Under the pieces are notes generated by a model. It was not told the origin of the DNA and made no database searches. It saw nothing but the letters and a program-made list of their open reading frames with translations. From Acidobacteriota bacterium (GTDB lineage: Bacteria; Acidobacteriota; Terriglobia; UBA7540), in NCBI GenBank assembly GCA_021838785.1, contig JAKCCV010000004.1, positions 83,537-147,536 on the forward strand: a stretch of DNA of 64,000 bases, given 5' to 3'. Both the position numbers and the translations under genes were made by a program. Each line of letters opens with the position of its first letter. The first letter of the stretch is position 1. Shown piece after piece: positions 1 to 12,151 of the stretch.

Positions 1-40
1 GCTTATCGCAGCCGATTCTTCACCCCCTGAGGAGGGTCCT

Positions 41-925
41 GTGTCAGAGCTTGCCATCACAGCTTGCGCGACCACTAAAAGTTGCGCGACTACTTCTCGA
101 CCGATTTCTCGCCCCGCTGAGCGAAAACCGCCCCGACAGTTTTTCGATGCTCGCCCCGGCGTCGCCACCGCCGCGGAGCGAACCGATTCCCTCGTTCTGT
201 CGCTGTTGCCCTTGGTTCGTCAAGTGGCCGCGCAGATGCGGCGTCACTTGCCGCCCCAAGTCGAGCTCGGCGATCTGGTCCATGAGGGCGTGTTGGGATT
301 GCTGGATGCGCTCGGCAAGTTTGACGCGCGCCGCCACGTGAAGATTGAGAGTTACGCTCGTCACCGCATTCGCGGCGCGATTTTGGACTCGCTGCGGCGA
401 AGCGATCCGGCCTCGCGCGACGTGCGGCGCAAGGCGCATCAGGTGGCGAAAGCGGCGGCCGCTTGTGAGGCCCGCCTGGGGCGCCAAGCGTCCAGCTCGG
501 ACATGGCTCAGGAACTGGGCGTGTCGCTGGAGGAATGGCACCAGCTCGAGCGCCAAATCCAGGTCGCCGACAGCTCCGCTGAAACCTCGTTGGACCAAGC
601 GGAGGAGAATCGTCCCGCCTTGAGCGCCAGCCTGCCCAGTACCCAAGCCGCTGACCCTTTTGAGGCCTGCTATCGGCGCGAGCAACAGGCGATGGTTCGC
701 CGCGCGCTCGACGCCCTCGGCGAGCGTGACCGCGCCATTATTCGCCTTTATTACCACCAATCCCTCACCATGAAAGAAATCGGAGAGCGATTGGGGATTG
801 ATGAATCGCGCGTCTCTCAACTGCACTCCCGCGCTCTCGCTCGCTTGCAAAAATGCGTCCGCGTCATGGCGGCCCACGCTCCTGCTCCTCGCCCAGCTTG
901 CCTCGAACGTCTGGGGCCGCGCTGA
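41..925 (+). CDS. RNA polymerase sigma factor, sigma-70 family, FliA/WhiG (sigma-28)-like
   Basis: Region 2 motif LVHEGVLGLLDALGKFD...YARHRIRGAILDSLR. Region 4 HTH LTMKEIGERLGIDESRVSQLHSRALARLQ. GTG start at 41 is uncertain. Confidence 0.8.
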   Translation: MSELAITACATTKSCATTSRPISRPAERKPPRQFFDARPGVATAAERTDSLVLSLLPLVRQVAAQMRRHLPPQVELGDLVHEGVLGLLDALGKFDARRHVKIESYARHRIRGAILDSLRRSDPASRDVRRKAHQVAKAAAACEARLGRQASSSDMAQELGVSLEEWHQLERQIQVADSSAETSLDQAEENRPALSASLPSTQAADPFEACYRREQQAMVRRALDALGERDRAIIRLYYHQSLTMKEIGERLGIDESRVSQLHSRALARLQKCVRVMAAHAPAPRPACLERLGPR

Positions 926-1027
926 ATCGCGTCGCGCTCTTCTTTCTCTCGAGAATTTCAATGGGGAGTGGAGGGTCGCAAAACGCCCCTCCTCGCCTCC
1001 AAGCGTCCTCCTCCGCGTTGCGGCGCT

Positions 1028-1564
1028 TCACCGGGGATGGCGGACAAGCAAACCCAACACGGGCAGCGCCATGGCGACAAAGAAGAGGATGCCAAGCGAC
1101 CAGTTCACCCACTTCTTCCCAGGATGGTTGACCCAGGCGCAAAGCAGCGCCGAGAGCAGCAGGATTTGCGGCACGACTTCAATCCAGCCTCGGAGCTGCC
1201 AGAGGACCGGCGTGGGAGTGTAGATCATGCCTTCAACCGACCCTGCCGCCGGGCCGAACGTGGACAGGATGCCCAGCGCCACCAGCATCCAACTCATCAG
1301 CAGCCAGCCGTTCTTTCGGCCAAACAAACTCGCGCGGAGCGGATAAAAGACGAGAGCAAAGATCAGCCCGCGAATCGGTTGGAAAAGTGGCCCCGCCATG
1401 ACCCACGGGCTGGTAAAGGGCCTCATTCCAGATCCGGGGCGGGACATGAGCGCGGCGTAGTGAAGAAAATGAGCGGCTAGCGCTCCCATCAGAAAATAGG
1501 TTAGCGTGTGGCTGACCACCGTCTTGGCCGCGAGAGGCCAAAACCGAACGGGAGGGCTCTCCAT
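1028..1564 (-). CDS. hypothetical polytopic membrane protein
   Basis: ORF with several hydrophobic helices (LTYFLMGALAAHFL, GWLLMSWMLVALGIL, LGILFFVAMALPVLGLL). Internal ATG at 1564 is preceded by AAGGA. No family recognised. Confidence 0.55.
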   Translation of the reverse strand: MESPPVRFWPLAAKTVVSHTLTYFLMGALAAHFLHYAALMSRPGSGMRPFTSPWVMAGPLFQPIRGLIFALVFYPLRASLFGRKNGWLLMSWMLVALGILSTFGPAAGSVEGMIYTPTPVLWQLRGWIEVVPQILLLSALLCAWVNHPGKKWVNWSLGILFFVAMALPVLGLLVRHPR

Positions 1565-1758
1565 TGAGATTGTCCTTTTCGGGAAATTCAAGCCGCCGAT
1601 CAACCTCTCGTCAAAATCGCCGGTTACGCTGGGACACTGTCTTCAAGCGTGACCCGGTGGGCGCAAATCTTCGCCGTGTTGGATGCAAGACCCCGTGCCC
1701 GGCACCCGCGCTCAATCCGCTTGAAACCGTCTCCGGCCAACCGCGACGGGGTTGACAA

Positions 1759-3243
1759 TCAAGGCTGGTTTTCGACCAACGTCGTTTTGGGATGAACCGG
1801 CAACAGCAAGGGCGGGCGGGCCGGCTGCGTAAAATCAAAATCACGCATCAGATTGCCGAGCATCGGACTATTTTCCCGCACGTAAGGCCTGGAATCGGGT
1901 CGGCCGTCGGTCGCGGGGTTCAGCCGCTGGCCGTGCAGAAAGATGTCTTCAATAAATTTGAGGTAGGCGTCGAAACTGAGCGGCTGATGGTCGATATATC
2001 CTCGCTTGGCGTAAGGACTAATCACCAGCCCCGGCACTCGGATGCCCCACCCGAGCGAATCCACGCGGGGAGGAACCACGTGGTCGTAAAACCCTCCCCA
2101 GTCGTCCCACGTGATAAAGATGGCGGTGCTCTTCCAGTCGGGGCTTTCCATCGCGGCATTCACTATCTTCGTCACGTAGGATTGCCCCACACTCACCTTG
2201 GCGGGAGGGTGCTCGCTATCTTCGCCATTGGGGGAAAACCATGCTACGGATGGAAGGGTTCCATCTTTGGCGGCCACAAAAAAGCGGCTAAGGTCCTCGA
2301 TATTGGCTGTTTGATGATCCTCATGGACATCCGTAAAGCCGGGCAGCACGTTCCAGATGACGGGGACACGCTTCACGCTCTCTTTGGCTTCCCTGAGCTT
2401 AGAGGCAAAGGGAGCGCTTTTCCCGACCTTTTTAGCTCCCTTGCTGCGGGGATGCCGTGGCAGCCACCCACCGTGGTCCAGGTAGTAAACCCAGCTCACA
2501 TGGTCTTTGTGCAACAGCCAGGTGATTTCTGTCCAGGCGAACGGTGTAGGATCTTTGCGAGTCCTATTCCTGGGCATAAGAGCGCTTACGCAGCTCATGG
2601 GGTTGTTGACTTGGCTGCAATTAGCTGCCCAGGCGGAAACAAGAAATAAGTGTGATGGGAAGCTCCAGGAGTGAACCGACTCAAACATATGATCCTGGAG
2701 CACAAAATGTTTCGCATAGGCCCAGTAGTTGGGGATATCTCCCGCGTCATGGTATCCCATGACTTGATCAGACTCTTCTGGGTCAGTGGGATGTTGGCAG
2801 TTCTGGCGAGGCCAAGCAAGAGGATTGAAACCGAAGTATCCCGCTGCCTGTACTTCTCTGATAAATCCATTCATCGCGCCGTTCGCGATGTCCGCCAAAG
2901 ACGCTTCCGCGGCGTGCGGGCCGCCGCAGTTCACATCGTCATGGTCGAGATAAGGTTTCACGCATTGGCCCGTCTTGGGATCGGGAACGCAGACCGTGGG
3001 CACGCCGTCCCGCATGGGAATACCGTCCGCCCCAGGGTAAGTGCCAAAGTAGGAATCAAAGGAGCGATTTTCCTGGAAAATGATAATGACGTGTTGGATG
3101 GGAAAATCTTTTCGGGGAGCTACGTCGGCCCTTGGGTTCGGCGCGCCGCCTTGAGCCATGCTGGCCGTGGCCGCGCTCAGGCTCATCAAAACGGCCAGTC
3201 CCACCCAAAGTCCATGAGAACAGCCGCAACCCATTTTTGCCAT
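1759..3243 (-). CDS. phosphoesterase family protein (phospholipase C / AcpA acid phosphatase type)
   Basis: Hallmark [24 protein letters not shown] near the N-terminus. Signal peptide [32 protein letters not shown] follows the ATG at 3243. The longer 649-aa ORF is probably upstream read-through. Confidence 0.85.
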   Translation of the reverse strand: MAKMGCGCSHGLWVGLAVLMSLSAATASMAQGGAPNPRADVAPRKDFPIQHVIIIFQENRSFDSYFGTYPGADGIPMRDGVPTVCVPDPKTGQCVKPYLDHDDVNCGGPHAAEASLADIANGAMNGFIREVQAAGYFGFNPLAWPRQNCQHPTDPEESDQVMGYHDAGDIPNYWAYAKHFVLQDHMFESVHSWSFPSHLFLVSAWAANCSQVNNPMSCVSALMPRNRTRKDPTPFAWTEITWLLHKDHVSWVYYLDHGGWLPRHPRSKGAKKVGKSAPFASKLREAKESVKRVPVIWNVLPGFTDVHEDHQTANIEDLSRFFVAAKDGTLPSVAWFSPNGEDSEHPPAKVSVGQSYVTKIVNAAMESPDWKSTAIFITWDDWGGFYDHVVPPRVDSLGWGIRVPGLVISPYAKRGYIDHQPLSFDAYLKFIEDIFLHGQRLNPATDGRPDSRPYVRENSPMLGNLMRDFDFTQPARPPLLLPVHPKTTLVENQP

Positions 3244-3941
3244 TGCATCACCCCTTGTGCTAAACGTTGCTTCGTGAACGGCCCCATGCTGGCACCCTCG
3301 TTGGGCAATGTCAAGCCGTTCGCTGCGAAGCGGACAGGCTGCGATTGCCGCGCCTTGCCCAGAAGTTTTGGCCATGCTCCGGCTAAAGATGGGCGCGCGG
3401 CCGACATTCTGCAATCGTTGACAAACCCCGCAACGGATCGCGCCAACCGACCGCTCGGTCGGTGGCTGCCAACACCGTAAAAGACCATCCCCCCGCGCGT
3501 CAATTCGAGCAGCTTCTGCACGATTTGAGCCATCCGCGGCCCTACCGCCGTCGAAAGGAAAATTGACGGCCAACCACCAACTCACTGAATCGGCTTTGGT
3601 TAACTCACAGTATGCGAACGCTTGACTGATTGGCAACCAAGTTGCTCCCGTCGTAGTGGGCGCTGTGGCAGGGGTGGCGGTTCGCACCCCGTGATAGAAT
3701 CGGCTCACAACGCAGGCCGCTCACTCACCGTCGAGCAGCGTGTGCCGATAAATACTCCGTGTGACTTGATGCCCGGACGGTGGTCGCCGGAGCGCAGCTC
3801 TTGAAGTGGAGTCATTATTATTCCAAAATTGGTCAATGGACTGGGCAGAACGGCAGATTTAATCTCGGATCGCTTCAGCACGGCCCGCGAGGTTTAGAAA
3901 GCGGGGAGTTGAAAAATCATTTTAGAGGGAGGATAAGGAAT

Positions 3942-4493
3942 ATGACAAAGCGACTAGGAAAGATGCTTGTCGGGTTAGGAATTTCAATGTGCCTGGCCGG
4001 CTTGCCGCTCTTCGCGCAGCGAGGCGGCGGAGCCGGCCACGGCATGGGCGGCGGCATGGGCATGGGGCAGCATCCCGCCGGCGGTTTTGGGCAAGAGCAT
4101 AGCAACATGCCGCGCATGGGCGGCGAGCGGCAAAATCCAATGAACCACAGCCTCTCGCACCACTCGAACCTCGGCATGAATTCGCCCACCACCCTGCTGT
4201 CACAAAACACCAAGCTCTCGTCGCGTCTCCAATCGCTGCTGCCGGCGGGCACCAACGTGCAGGAGGCGGCGAGCGGTTTCAAGAATCTTGGGCTGTTCGT
4301 GGCGGCGGTTCACGTCTCTCACAACCTGGGCATTCCGTTTGATGAGTTGAAGTCCACCATGCTCTCGAACGGCGATAACCTCGGCAAAGCGATTCACACG
4401 TTGAATCCGCACTTGACCAAAAAGCAAGTGAAGTCAAACGTTAAGAAAGCTCGCCGAGAGGCCAGCCACGACCTCAAGGAAGCTCGCTCCTAG
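3942..4493 (+). CDS. hypothetical secreted protein, Gly/Met/His-rich N-terminal region
   Basis: ATG at 3942 preceded by GAGGGAGG. Signal peptide MTKRLGKMLVGLGISMCLAGLPLFAQ followed by GGGAGHGMGGGMGMGQHPAGG. Confidence 0.6.
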   Translation: MTKRLGKMLVGLGISMCLAGLPLFAQRGGGAGHGMGGGMGMGQHPAGGFGQEHSNMPRMGGERQNPMNHSLSHHSNLGMNSPTTLLSQNTKLSSRLQSLLPAGTNVQEAASGFKNLGLFVAAVHVSHNLGIPFDELKSTMLSNGDNLGKAIHTLNPHLTKKQVKSNVKKARREASHDLKEARS

Positions 4494-4772
4494 GCTCGGG
4501 CGTTTGACCGGGGTGGAGCGCGATGCAACGTCTCCGCCCCGGCCTGTCATCGTTTCCGCGTCCCAGGCCACAGAGCCTTGGCGGTTTTCTCAGCCACGCT
4601 CGCGCGACGGCTCCTCCGGCCGCGACCCGAGCATTCCCACCCTTGGGAGGCGAGGCGGCCGCCGCCGCTTCTTCCTTCATTCCCGTCCCTTCCCCTGCGC
4701 CTTCTCACCCCAAACGTTGTATAATGCCAGCTAGCTCGAGTCCAAGACCGCAGGGGACGGCGAGGTGGATGC

Positions 4773-6338
<1,566 letters not shown>

Positions 6339-6344
6339 TTTTCG

Positions 6345-6875
6345 ATGTCCGCTCGCCGCAAGCCCCCCAGCAAGACCTGGCGACGCGTCGCCTGGATGGC
6401 GGCACTGGCCGTGGCGTTTCCCCTCCTGGCTCGCTCGGCGAGGCCGCCCGCGATGCGGCGAAAGATTGAAGCGCGCACGCCGCCCGCCCGTCTTGCGCGC
6501 CAAACTCGCGCTCGCCCCATAGTCCGTCGCGTCGTTCGCCGGCCGTATGTCCGCCGCGTCGTCCGGCGTCGCTGGTGGGGCCCTCATCTCGAGCCGCATC
6601 GCGTCCGGCAAATCCAACGCGCGCTCATCCAAGCCGGCTATCTCACGGGCCAGCCCACCGGCGTGTGGGACCAAGCCACCACCGACGCCATGCGCCGCTA
6701 TCAAGCCGCTAACGGCTTTGATGTTACCGGCCTGCCGGAAGCCAAGCCGCTCATGAAGCTCGGCCTCGGTCCGCATCCCTTGCCGCCCGGCGTGCCCGCC
6801 GCCACCCCCGCCGACGTGGACCCGAACCCCCCTGCCGACATCCCCAATCCCCCCGCCCACGCTTCCCGCCGCTAA
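6345..6875 (+). CDS. peptidoglycan-binding (PG_binding_1-like) domain protein
   Basis: Signal/anchor, Arg-rich linker, then VRQIQRALIQAGYLTGQPTGVWDQATTDAMRRYQAANGFDVTG, typical of the PG-binding repeat. Starts 7 nt after the htrA stop. Confidence 0.7.
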   Translation: MSARRKPPSKTWRRVAWMAALAVAFPLLARSARPPAMRRKIEARTPPARLARQTRARPIVRRVVRRPYVRRVVRRRWWGPHLEPHRVRQIQRALIQAGYLTGQPTGVWDQATTDAMRRYQAANGFDVTGLPEAKPLMKLGLGPHPLPPGVPAATPADVDPNPPADIPNPPAHASRR

Positions 6876-7171
6876 CGCTGTTTGGGCCGGCCTCAACCTG
6901 CGTCACGGCCGGTTGCTCGACGTGGGCCGGTGAATCGTCGTGGCCAAGGTTTTTTCCCATGCGCCACCGTTGACAGGAGAATGGGTTGGCGCGGGCCGTC
7001 CCTCGACCCAGGAACCACCGCCTAAAATCGTGTCGCACGGTCTCCTGCCTCCAGTACTTTCGTACTATGGCCTCGGCGGCGCGAGCGCTTAAAATCGGCG
7101 TATCGAAAGGGGTTGCTTTTCGCTCGGAAGCGCGCTACAGTGGCGCAATTAACGAAGGCAGGGAGGGCTTT

Positions 7172-9190
7172 ATGCATCGTCATTTCAACGCCACGGTAAT
7201 TGGCGCCATAGCTTTTTTGACGGCCTGTGGCATGGCCTTGGCGGGTGGCCAAGAGCCTCGACCGGGCACCGTCATTGTTCCTCCATCGAACGTCGAGCGG
7301 CCGCAAGACATCGGCAAGCGCTCGCACACCAATTTCTTGATCTTTATTCCCGCCGCGCGAAGCGGCAAGCAACCCGCGCCCGCTACCAGTTCAGGGCCCA
7401 GCGGCGAAACGCCGCCGTCGCTCGCTTGCGTTTATCAGACGGCCTCCACGCTCGCTTCAGGATGCCCCATCATTAACTCCCCAACGAGCAGCGAACCGGA
7501 TGCCTCGGGCGGCTCGAACGTCATTGCCATCGTGGATGCCTATGACGATCCGACCGCGGCGAGCGATTTCCAGACCTTCTCTCAGCAATTCGGCCTGCCT
7601 TACGGCGACGAGTGCGGCCCCAACAAGAACGCAGCCTGCTTTACCAAAGTTTACGCCACCGGCTCGCAGCCCAAGGCCAATTGCAGTTGGGCGCAGGAAG
7701 AATCGCTCGACATCGAGTGGTCTCACGCCATGGCGCCCTACGCCCAAATCATCTTGGTCGAGGCCGCATCGAACAGCAACAGCAACCTCATGCAAGCCGT
7801 GAGTGTGGCCAACAACCTCGTCAGCACCTGCGACGGCCTTTGCTCTTCCGGTGGCACGGGCGAAGTTTCCATGAGCTGGGGCAGCAGCGAATTCTCCACT
7901 GAATCCACCTTCGACTCCTACTTCACAACCCACGGCGTCACTTACTTCGCTTCGAGCGGCGATAGCGGAGGCCAAGTCATTTGGCCCTCCGCTTCGCCCA
8001 ACGTCGTCTCGGCCGGCGGCACCACCATCGGTCGTGATTCAAGCGGAAGCTTCACCGGCGAGACGACATGGACGGATGCCGGCGGCGGCCCGAGCAGCTA
8101 CGAGGCCATGCCGGGCTACCAGCAAGTCATCTCCGACATCAACACGTCGGGCATGAGAGGAACGCCGGACTTGTCCTTTGACGCCAACCCCGCTTCCGGC
8201 GTCTCCGTCTATGACAGCACGTCGTGCCAAGGTCTGGTCGGCTGGCTGGTTTTTGGCGGCACAAGCGTGGCCGCGCCCTCGCTTTCCGGCATCGTCAATG
8301 ACGCCGGGGCTTTTGACGGCGGCTGGGACGGCGGCAGCAATTCCTCAAGCGTACAAAGCAATCTCTACTCAAACTACGGGACGGATACCGATTTTAGTAC
8401 TGACCCAACTACCTGCTCCTATACATCCTCGACGCCGTTTTACGACATCACTACCGGCTCGGCAGGCACCTATCCCGCCACCGCTTGCTGGGATTTTGCG
8501 AGCGGCATCGGAAGCGACCGTGGATTGACCGGATTCAATCCGCCATCGAGCACGGCAGGCTTCTCCTTGTCAGCCTCGCCTTCAACTCTGACGCTGACCG
8601 CAGGCTCAACCACTTCAGCAACCAGCACCATCAGCATGACCGCCTCCGGCGGGTTCAGTGGAACCGTCACGCTCAGCGCCAGCGCGCCGAGCGGCTCCGG
8701 CCTAACCGTAAGCCTCAGCCCAACCTACATATCGGGCTCAGGAACATCCACGTTGACGGTCGGCGCGGGCACAGCAACAGCGGGCACTTACACCGTCGCG
8801 GTAACCGGGACCAGCAGCGGTTTCCCCAGCAGCACGACGGACGTTACTGTGACCGTTAGCCCCTCTAGCTCTTCGCCGACGGTTTCTTCCGTCACCCTCA
8901 GCCCCTCGAGCGTCACCGGTGGCACATCATCCACGGGAACCGTCACACTCACTGCCGCTGCGTCCTCCGGTGGCGCCGTCGTGTCGCTCACCAGCAGCAA
9001 TACCTCCGTTGCGTCGGTCCCCAGCAGCGTCACGGTCAGCGCCGGCTCAACAAGCGCGAGCTTCACCGTTACGACCAGCGCGGTAACGACTCAAACCAGC
9101 GTGACGATTACAGCCAGCTACAACAACTCAAGCGCCAGCGCCACGCTGACCGTCAAGCCACCGCATGGCCACGGGAACAAGCAACACTAG
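7172..9190 (+). CDS. secreted S53 (sedolisin/kumamolisin-like) or S8/S53 serine peptidase with Ser/Thr-rich Ig-like C-terminal repeats
   Basis: ATG at 7172 with signal peptide. VIAIVDAYD, ASSGDSGG and GGTSVAAPSLSG motifs. Long C-terminal S/T-rich beta-repeat region. Confidence 0.7.
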   Translation: MHRHFNATVIGAIAFLTACGMALAGGQEPRPGTVIVPPSNVERPQDIGKRSHTNFLIFIPAARSGKQPAPATSSGPSGETPPSLACVYQTASTLASGCPIINSPTSSEPDASGGSNVIAIVDAYDDPTAASDFQTFSQQFGLPYGDECGPNKNAACFTKVYATGSQPKANCSWAQEESLDIEWSHAMAPYAQIILVEAASNSNSNLMQAVSVANNLVSTCDGLCSSGGTGEVSMSWGSSEFSTESTFDSYFTTHGVTYFASSGDSGGQVIWPSASPNVVSAGGTTIGRDSSGSFTGETTWTDAGGGPSSYEAMPGYQQVISDINTSGMRGTPDLSFDANPASGVSVYDSTSCQGLVGWLVFGGTSVAAPSLSGIVNDAGAFDGGWDGGSNSSSVQSNLYSNYGTDTDFSTDPTTCSYTSSTPFYDITTGSAGTYPATACWDFASGIGSDRGLTGFNPPSSTAGFSLSASPSTLTLTAGSTTSATSTISMTASGGFSGTVTLSASAPSGSGLTVSLSPTYISGSGTSTLTVGAGTATAGTYTVAVTGTSSGFPSSTTDVTVTVSPSSSSPTVSSVTLSPSSVTGGTSSTGTVTLTAAASSGGAVVSLTSSNTSVASVPSSVTVSAGSTSASFTVTTSAVTTQTSVTITASYNNSSASATLTVKPPHGHGNKQH

Positions 9191-9350
9191 CGTCCTGAGC
9201 CGTAAGAAGGATGAATAATTCCGGGCCGTCAGGTCTCCGGCAAATCCTTTGCGCCCTTTGCGCCTTGGCGTGAAACAGGCCCTTAGTTGTTCATCGAACT
9301 TCTGACTCAGGACAGTAATGTGGCGCGGTCCCCGGCAAATTGACGTCCCG

Positions 9351-9375
9351 GTGGCACGGCCATCTTGGCCGTGCT
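9351..9375. repeat. REP-like palindromic element, copy 1
   Basis: gtggcacggccatcttggccgtgct. 9-bp perfect stem gcacggcca/tggccgtgc with a 3-nt loop. Identical 25-mer at 13972-13996. Confidence 0.7.
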
Positions 9376-9440
9376 TTCCCGTGGACGCGGCCTTCCTGCC
9401 CCTCGTATAAAAATATGCCGCGTCTAACGGCTTTTGATGA

Positions 9441-9785
9441 TTGACCCGGAAGAGTCAACCGGTTAGCGTGCTCGTTGTGACCGGTGACACTCGCGGACTT
9501 TCCATGCGTGAATACGTGACCCAAATGGCGGAGGAGATAACCGCGCGCGTGAACCACGAGCGCGAGACGATGCTCCGGCTGCTTGACGCCAAGGAGCAAG
9601 CCGACGGTCCGATTCCCTACTGTCCGCTGGTGGATTGCTCGCCGCGCCGCAACTATCGTGCTGCGCTCACCGAGGCGGTGCAAGTGCTCGAAGAAACGCG
9701 GCGCTCGTTCAAATCGAGGCAGCTTGAGGCGTTGCGCAAAAAGCTGCTCGCGGTGCTGGCGGAAGACGCCGATCGAAGTTTGTAG
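9441..9785 (+). CDS. hypothetical small protein
   Basis: ORF between the peptidase and cytochrome genes, followed by a hairpin plus T-run. Start ambiguous (TTG 9441, ATG 9504 or 9525). No family recognised. Confidence 0.4.
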   Translation: MTRKSQPVSVLVVTGDTRGLSMREYVTQMAEEITARVNHERETMLRLLDAKEQADGPIPYCPLVDCSPRRNYRAALTEAVQVLEETRRSFKSRQLEALRKKLLAVLAEDADRSL

Positions 9786-9844
9786 GTTGTTCGACTAAGC
9801 AGGGTCCAAACGTCTGACGGTCCCGCCGAAGAGCGGGAAAGTGC

Positions 9845-9908
9845 GGGCGTAACCAAGAGGCTGCGGCGCAAGGCGCGCCAAGCGGCCCGGCGGTTACGCC
9901 CTTTTTTT
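9845..9908 (+). terminator. putative intrinsic terminator
   Basis: gggcgtaacc (9845-9854) pairs with ggttacgccc (9892-9901), followed directly by a 7-T run. The loop is long (about 37 nt) and possibly branched. Confidence 0.45.
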
Positions 9909-10006
9909 ATTTCTCCGAGCTTTGCCCAGCGAGCTGACCCAAAGCCTGCCGTCACTGGAAGGCCGGCGAGGGGGCGGTGCGCGCGGCAGCGCGCGGGAGG
10001 ACACAG

Positions 10007-12151
10007 ATGGAACCAACGCCTTACGGCCCCATTCCCATTCGGCATTCTTTCCTTCACGAGAAGGGGATTTTCAAGTTTAGCTGGCTCAGCGGCGCGCTGA
10101 TTTTTCTGGCGCTGAGCGGACTGGCGATTTGGCTCGCGCCCTTCAGCGTGGCCACGCAGGTTTCCGTGCTGGTGCATGCCGCGCTCGGCATCATCATTCT
10201 TGTTCCGCTGACGTTGTGGCAGGCCAGCCACTGGCTCGCCACGCGCAAAGTGCGGCGCTCGTTTCGCAAGTTTTGCGCCTACACCGGCTTTTGGACCATG
10301 GCGGTGACCACGGTCTCGGGCGTGGTGCTCACCTGGCAAGCGGCGTTTTCACTCTTCACCAGCCACTTCTGGGATCGCGTCCATTTGTGGAGCGGCATCG
10401 CGGCCTTGCCTTTCCTGGCTTACCACGTCTATCCGCACGCCAAAAAGCAGAATGCGAACGGCGTGAGCCCGGCGAGCGGTCAACCGGCGTTGAACGGTCA
10501 AGCCGGTTGGGTGCAACCGTATTTCCGTCCTGGCCGCCGCCACATGTGGGCGATGGCCGGGGTCACGGTTGCTGCGCTGGCGCTCATCGTTGGAGGGCTG
10601 ACGCTTGCTTACACGGCTTACGCGCCCAACTTCAGCCATTACGCTTTGCCGGCCGGCTACAAATTGCCTTATGGCAAAGACCCGTTCGCGCCCAGCATGG
10701 CGATGACGTCAACTGGCGGGCCGGTCGCGCCCCAGCTTCTGGCCGATTCAAAATCCTGCGGCGCCTCGGGTTGCCACACCGAGATTTACGAGCAGTGGCG
10801 CTCCAGCCCGCACCGATGGTCTTCCGAGGACAAATTCTTCCAGGCCGTGCAAGCGGCCTTGATCCACGCCGAAGGCGCGCCCGCCACCCGCTACTGCGCC
10901 GGCTGTCACGACCCGGTCTCCTTGCTCTCCGGCTACAAAAACGCCAGCACCAGCATTGAAGCTCCGGGCTATAAAGAAGGCAGTTCCTGCGTGGCGTGCC
11001 ACTCCATGCAGCGCGTGGACGTGCAAGGCAACGGCAACTACGTCTGGGCGCCGCCCAAGCCTTATCTCTTCGAATACCGGCACGCCGGCCGCGCCACGGT
11101 GCTCACGCATTTTCTGATTCGCGCTTATCCCCGGCAACACGACGCCGATTACAATTTGGCGCTGGTTCGTCAGCCGGTGTCTTGCGCTTCCTGCCACAAG
11201 CAATTCATCAACAAACAGATCAACCACGTGGGCTTCGTGCAACTTCAAAATCAGTATGACGAATGGCGATTGGGCAAATGGAACGCCAACCCCAATCCCG
11301 CCGACCGGTTGCGCTGCCAGCAATGCCACATGTGGCTCACCCAAGCCCCCAGCGTGGCCTTGGCCGACCCTTACGATTTGAAGGATGGGCATGGCCTTGA
11401 AATGCGCAATCATTGGTTTGCCGCCGCCAACCAAGTCATGCCGGCCATGCTCCACGTTTATGGCTGGCGTGCCCAAACGCGCCGCGTCATCCAATGGCTG
11501 AAGGGGGAAAAATACGTTCCGGAAATCGCCAAGATTTGGCCGAAAGGTCCGGTCATCCCGCTGCGCATCATCGCTCCCGCCTCGCTTCGACCCGGCGAGC
11601 CGGCGGACGTTCGCGTGGTTCTCACCAACAACAAAGCGGGGCACGGCTTCGCTACCGGGCCGCTCGATTTGATTCGCGCCTGGGTGGAAGTTGAGGTTCG
11701 CGACTCGCAAGGCCGCGTGATTTTCCATTCCGGCGAACTCACCGCGCAGAACCATGTCGAGCCGGGCACGCTTGTCCTGCGGGCCATCGGCGTCAATCCT
11801 GAAGGCCAGCCGGTGGTTCGTCATCACCTCTGGCACTACGTCGGCACGATTTCGCGCCGCGCGATTTTCCCCGGCTATTCCGATATGTACGAATACAAAT
11901 TCACCGTTCCGCGCCACGTCCAAGGCCCGCTCACCGTGACGGCGAGCCTTCGTTACCGGAAAGCCAATCAATACTTCATGAACTTTGTTTTTCCCCATCA
12001 ATTCATCAAGGCGCCCGTTACGACGATGTCCCGCGGCACAGCCGAAATTGCGCTGCTGACGGGAGCCGCGACTTCCTCCGCGTCGGCGCTCGCGGCGCCT
12101 GGCGCGGCCGCTTCCCGCGCTGTCTCCCGCCCGCGCGGAGATCGGCGATGA
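10007..12151 (+). CDS. membrane-anchored multihaem c-type cytochrome (cytochrome c554-like family)
   Basis: N-terminal 4-5 TM helices. Four CXXCH motifs (CAGCH, CVACH, CASCH, CQQCH) plus one CX4CH (CGASGCH). ATG at 10007 preceded by GGGAGGA. Confidence 0.85.
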   Translation: MEPTPYGPIPIRHSFLHEKGIFKFSWLSGALIFLALSGLAIWLAPFSVATQVSVLVHAALGIIILVPLTLWQASHWLATRKVRRSFRKFCAYTGFWTMAVTTVSGVVLTWQAAFSLFTSHFWDRVHLWSGIAALPFLAYHVYPHAKKQNANGVSPASGQPALNGQAGWVQPYFRPGRRHMWAMAGVTVAALALIVGGLTLAYTAYAPNFSHYALPAGYKLPYGKDPFAPSMAMTSTGGPVAPQLLADSKSCGASGCHTEIYEQWRSSPHRWSSEDKFFQAVQAALIHAEGAPATRYCAGCHDPVSLLSGYKNASTSIEAPGYKEGSSCVACHSMQRVDVQGNGNYVWAPPKPYLFEYRHAGRATVLTHFLIRAYPRQHDADYNLALVRQPVSCASCHKQFINKQINHVGFVQLQNQYDEWRLGKWNANPNPADRLRCQQCHMWLTQAPSVALADPYDLKDGHGLEMRNHWFAAANQVMPAMLHVYGWRAQTRRVIQWLKGEKYVPEIAKIWPKGPVIPLRIIAPASLRPGEPADVRVVLTNNKAGHGFATGPLDLIRAWVEVEVRDSQGRVIFHSGELTAQNHVEPGTLVLRAIGVNPEGQPVVRHHLWHYVGTISRRAIFPGYSDMYEYKFTVPRHVQGPLTVTASLRYRKANQYFMNFVFPHQFIKAPVTTMSRGTAEIALLTGAATSSASALAAPGAAASRAVSRPRGDRR

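Noticed and set aside
44-961. Long antisense or alternative-frame ORFs throughout the window. Examples: 44-961(-), 5076-6065(-), 10748-12001(-), 11998-13176(-), 22737-23918(+), 40989-42113(-), 43373-44416(-), 46475-47248(-), 62398-63102(-).
   Set aside because: Each lies opposite or out of frame to a gene with clear family motifs. Their translations are Arg/Ala/Gly/Pro-rich low-complexity strings, typical of shadow ORFs in high-GC DNA.
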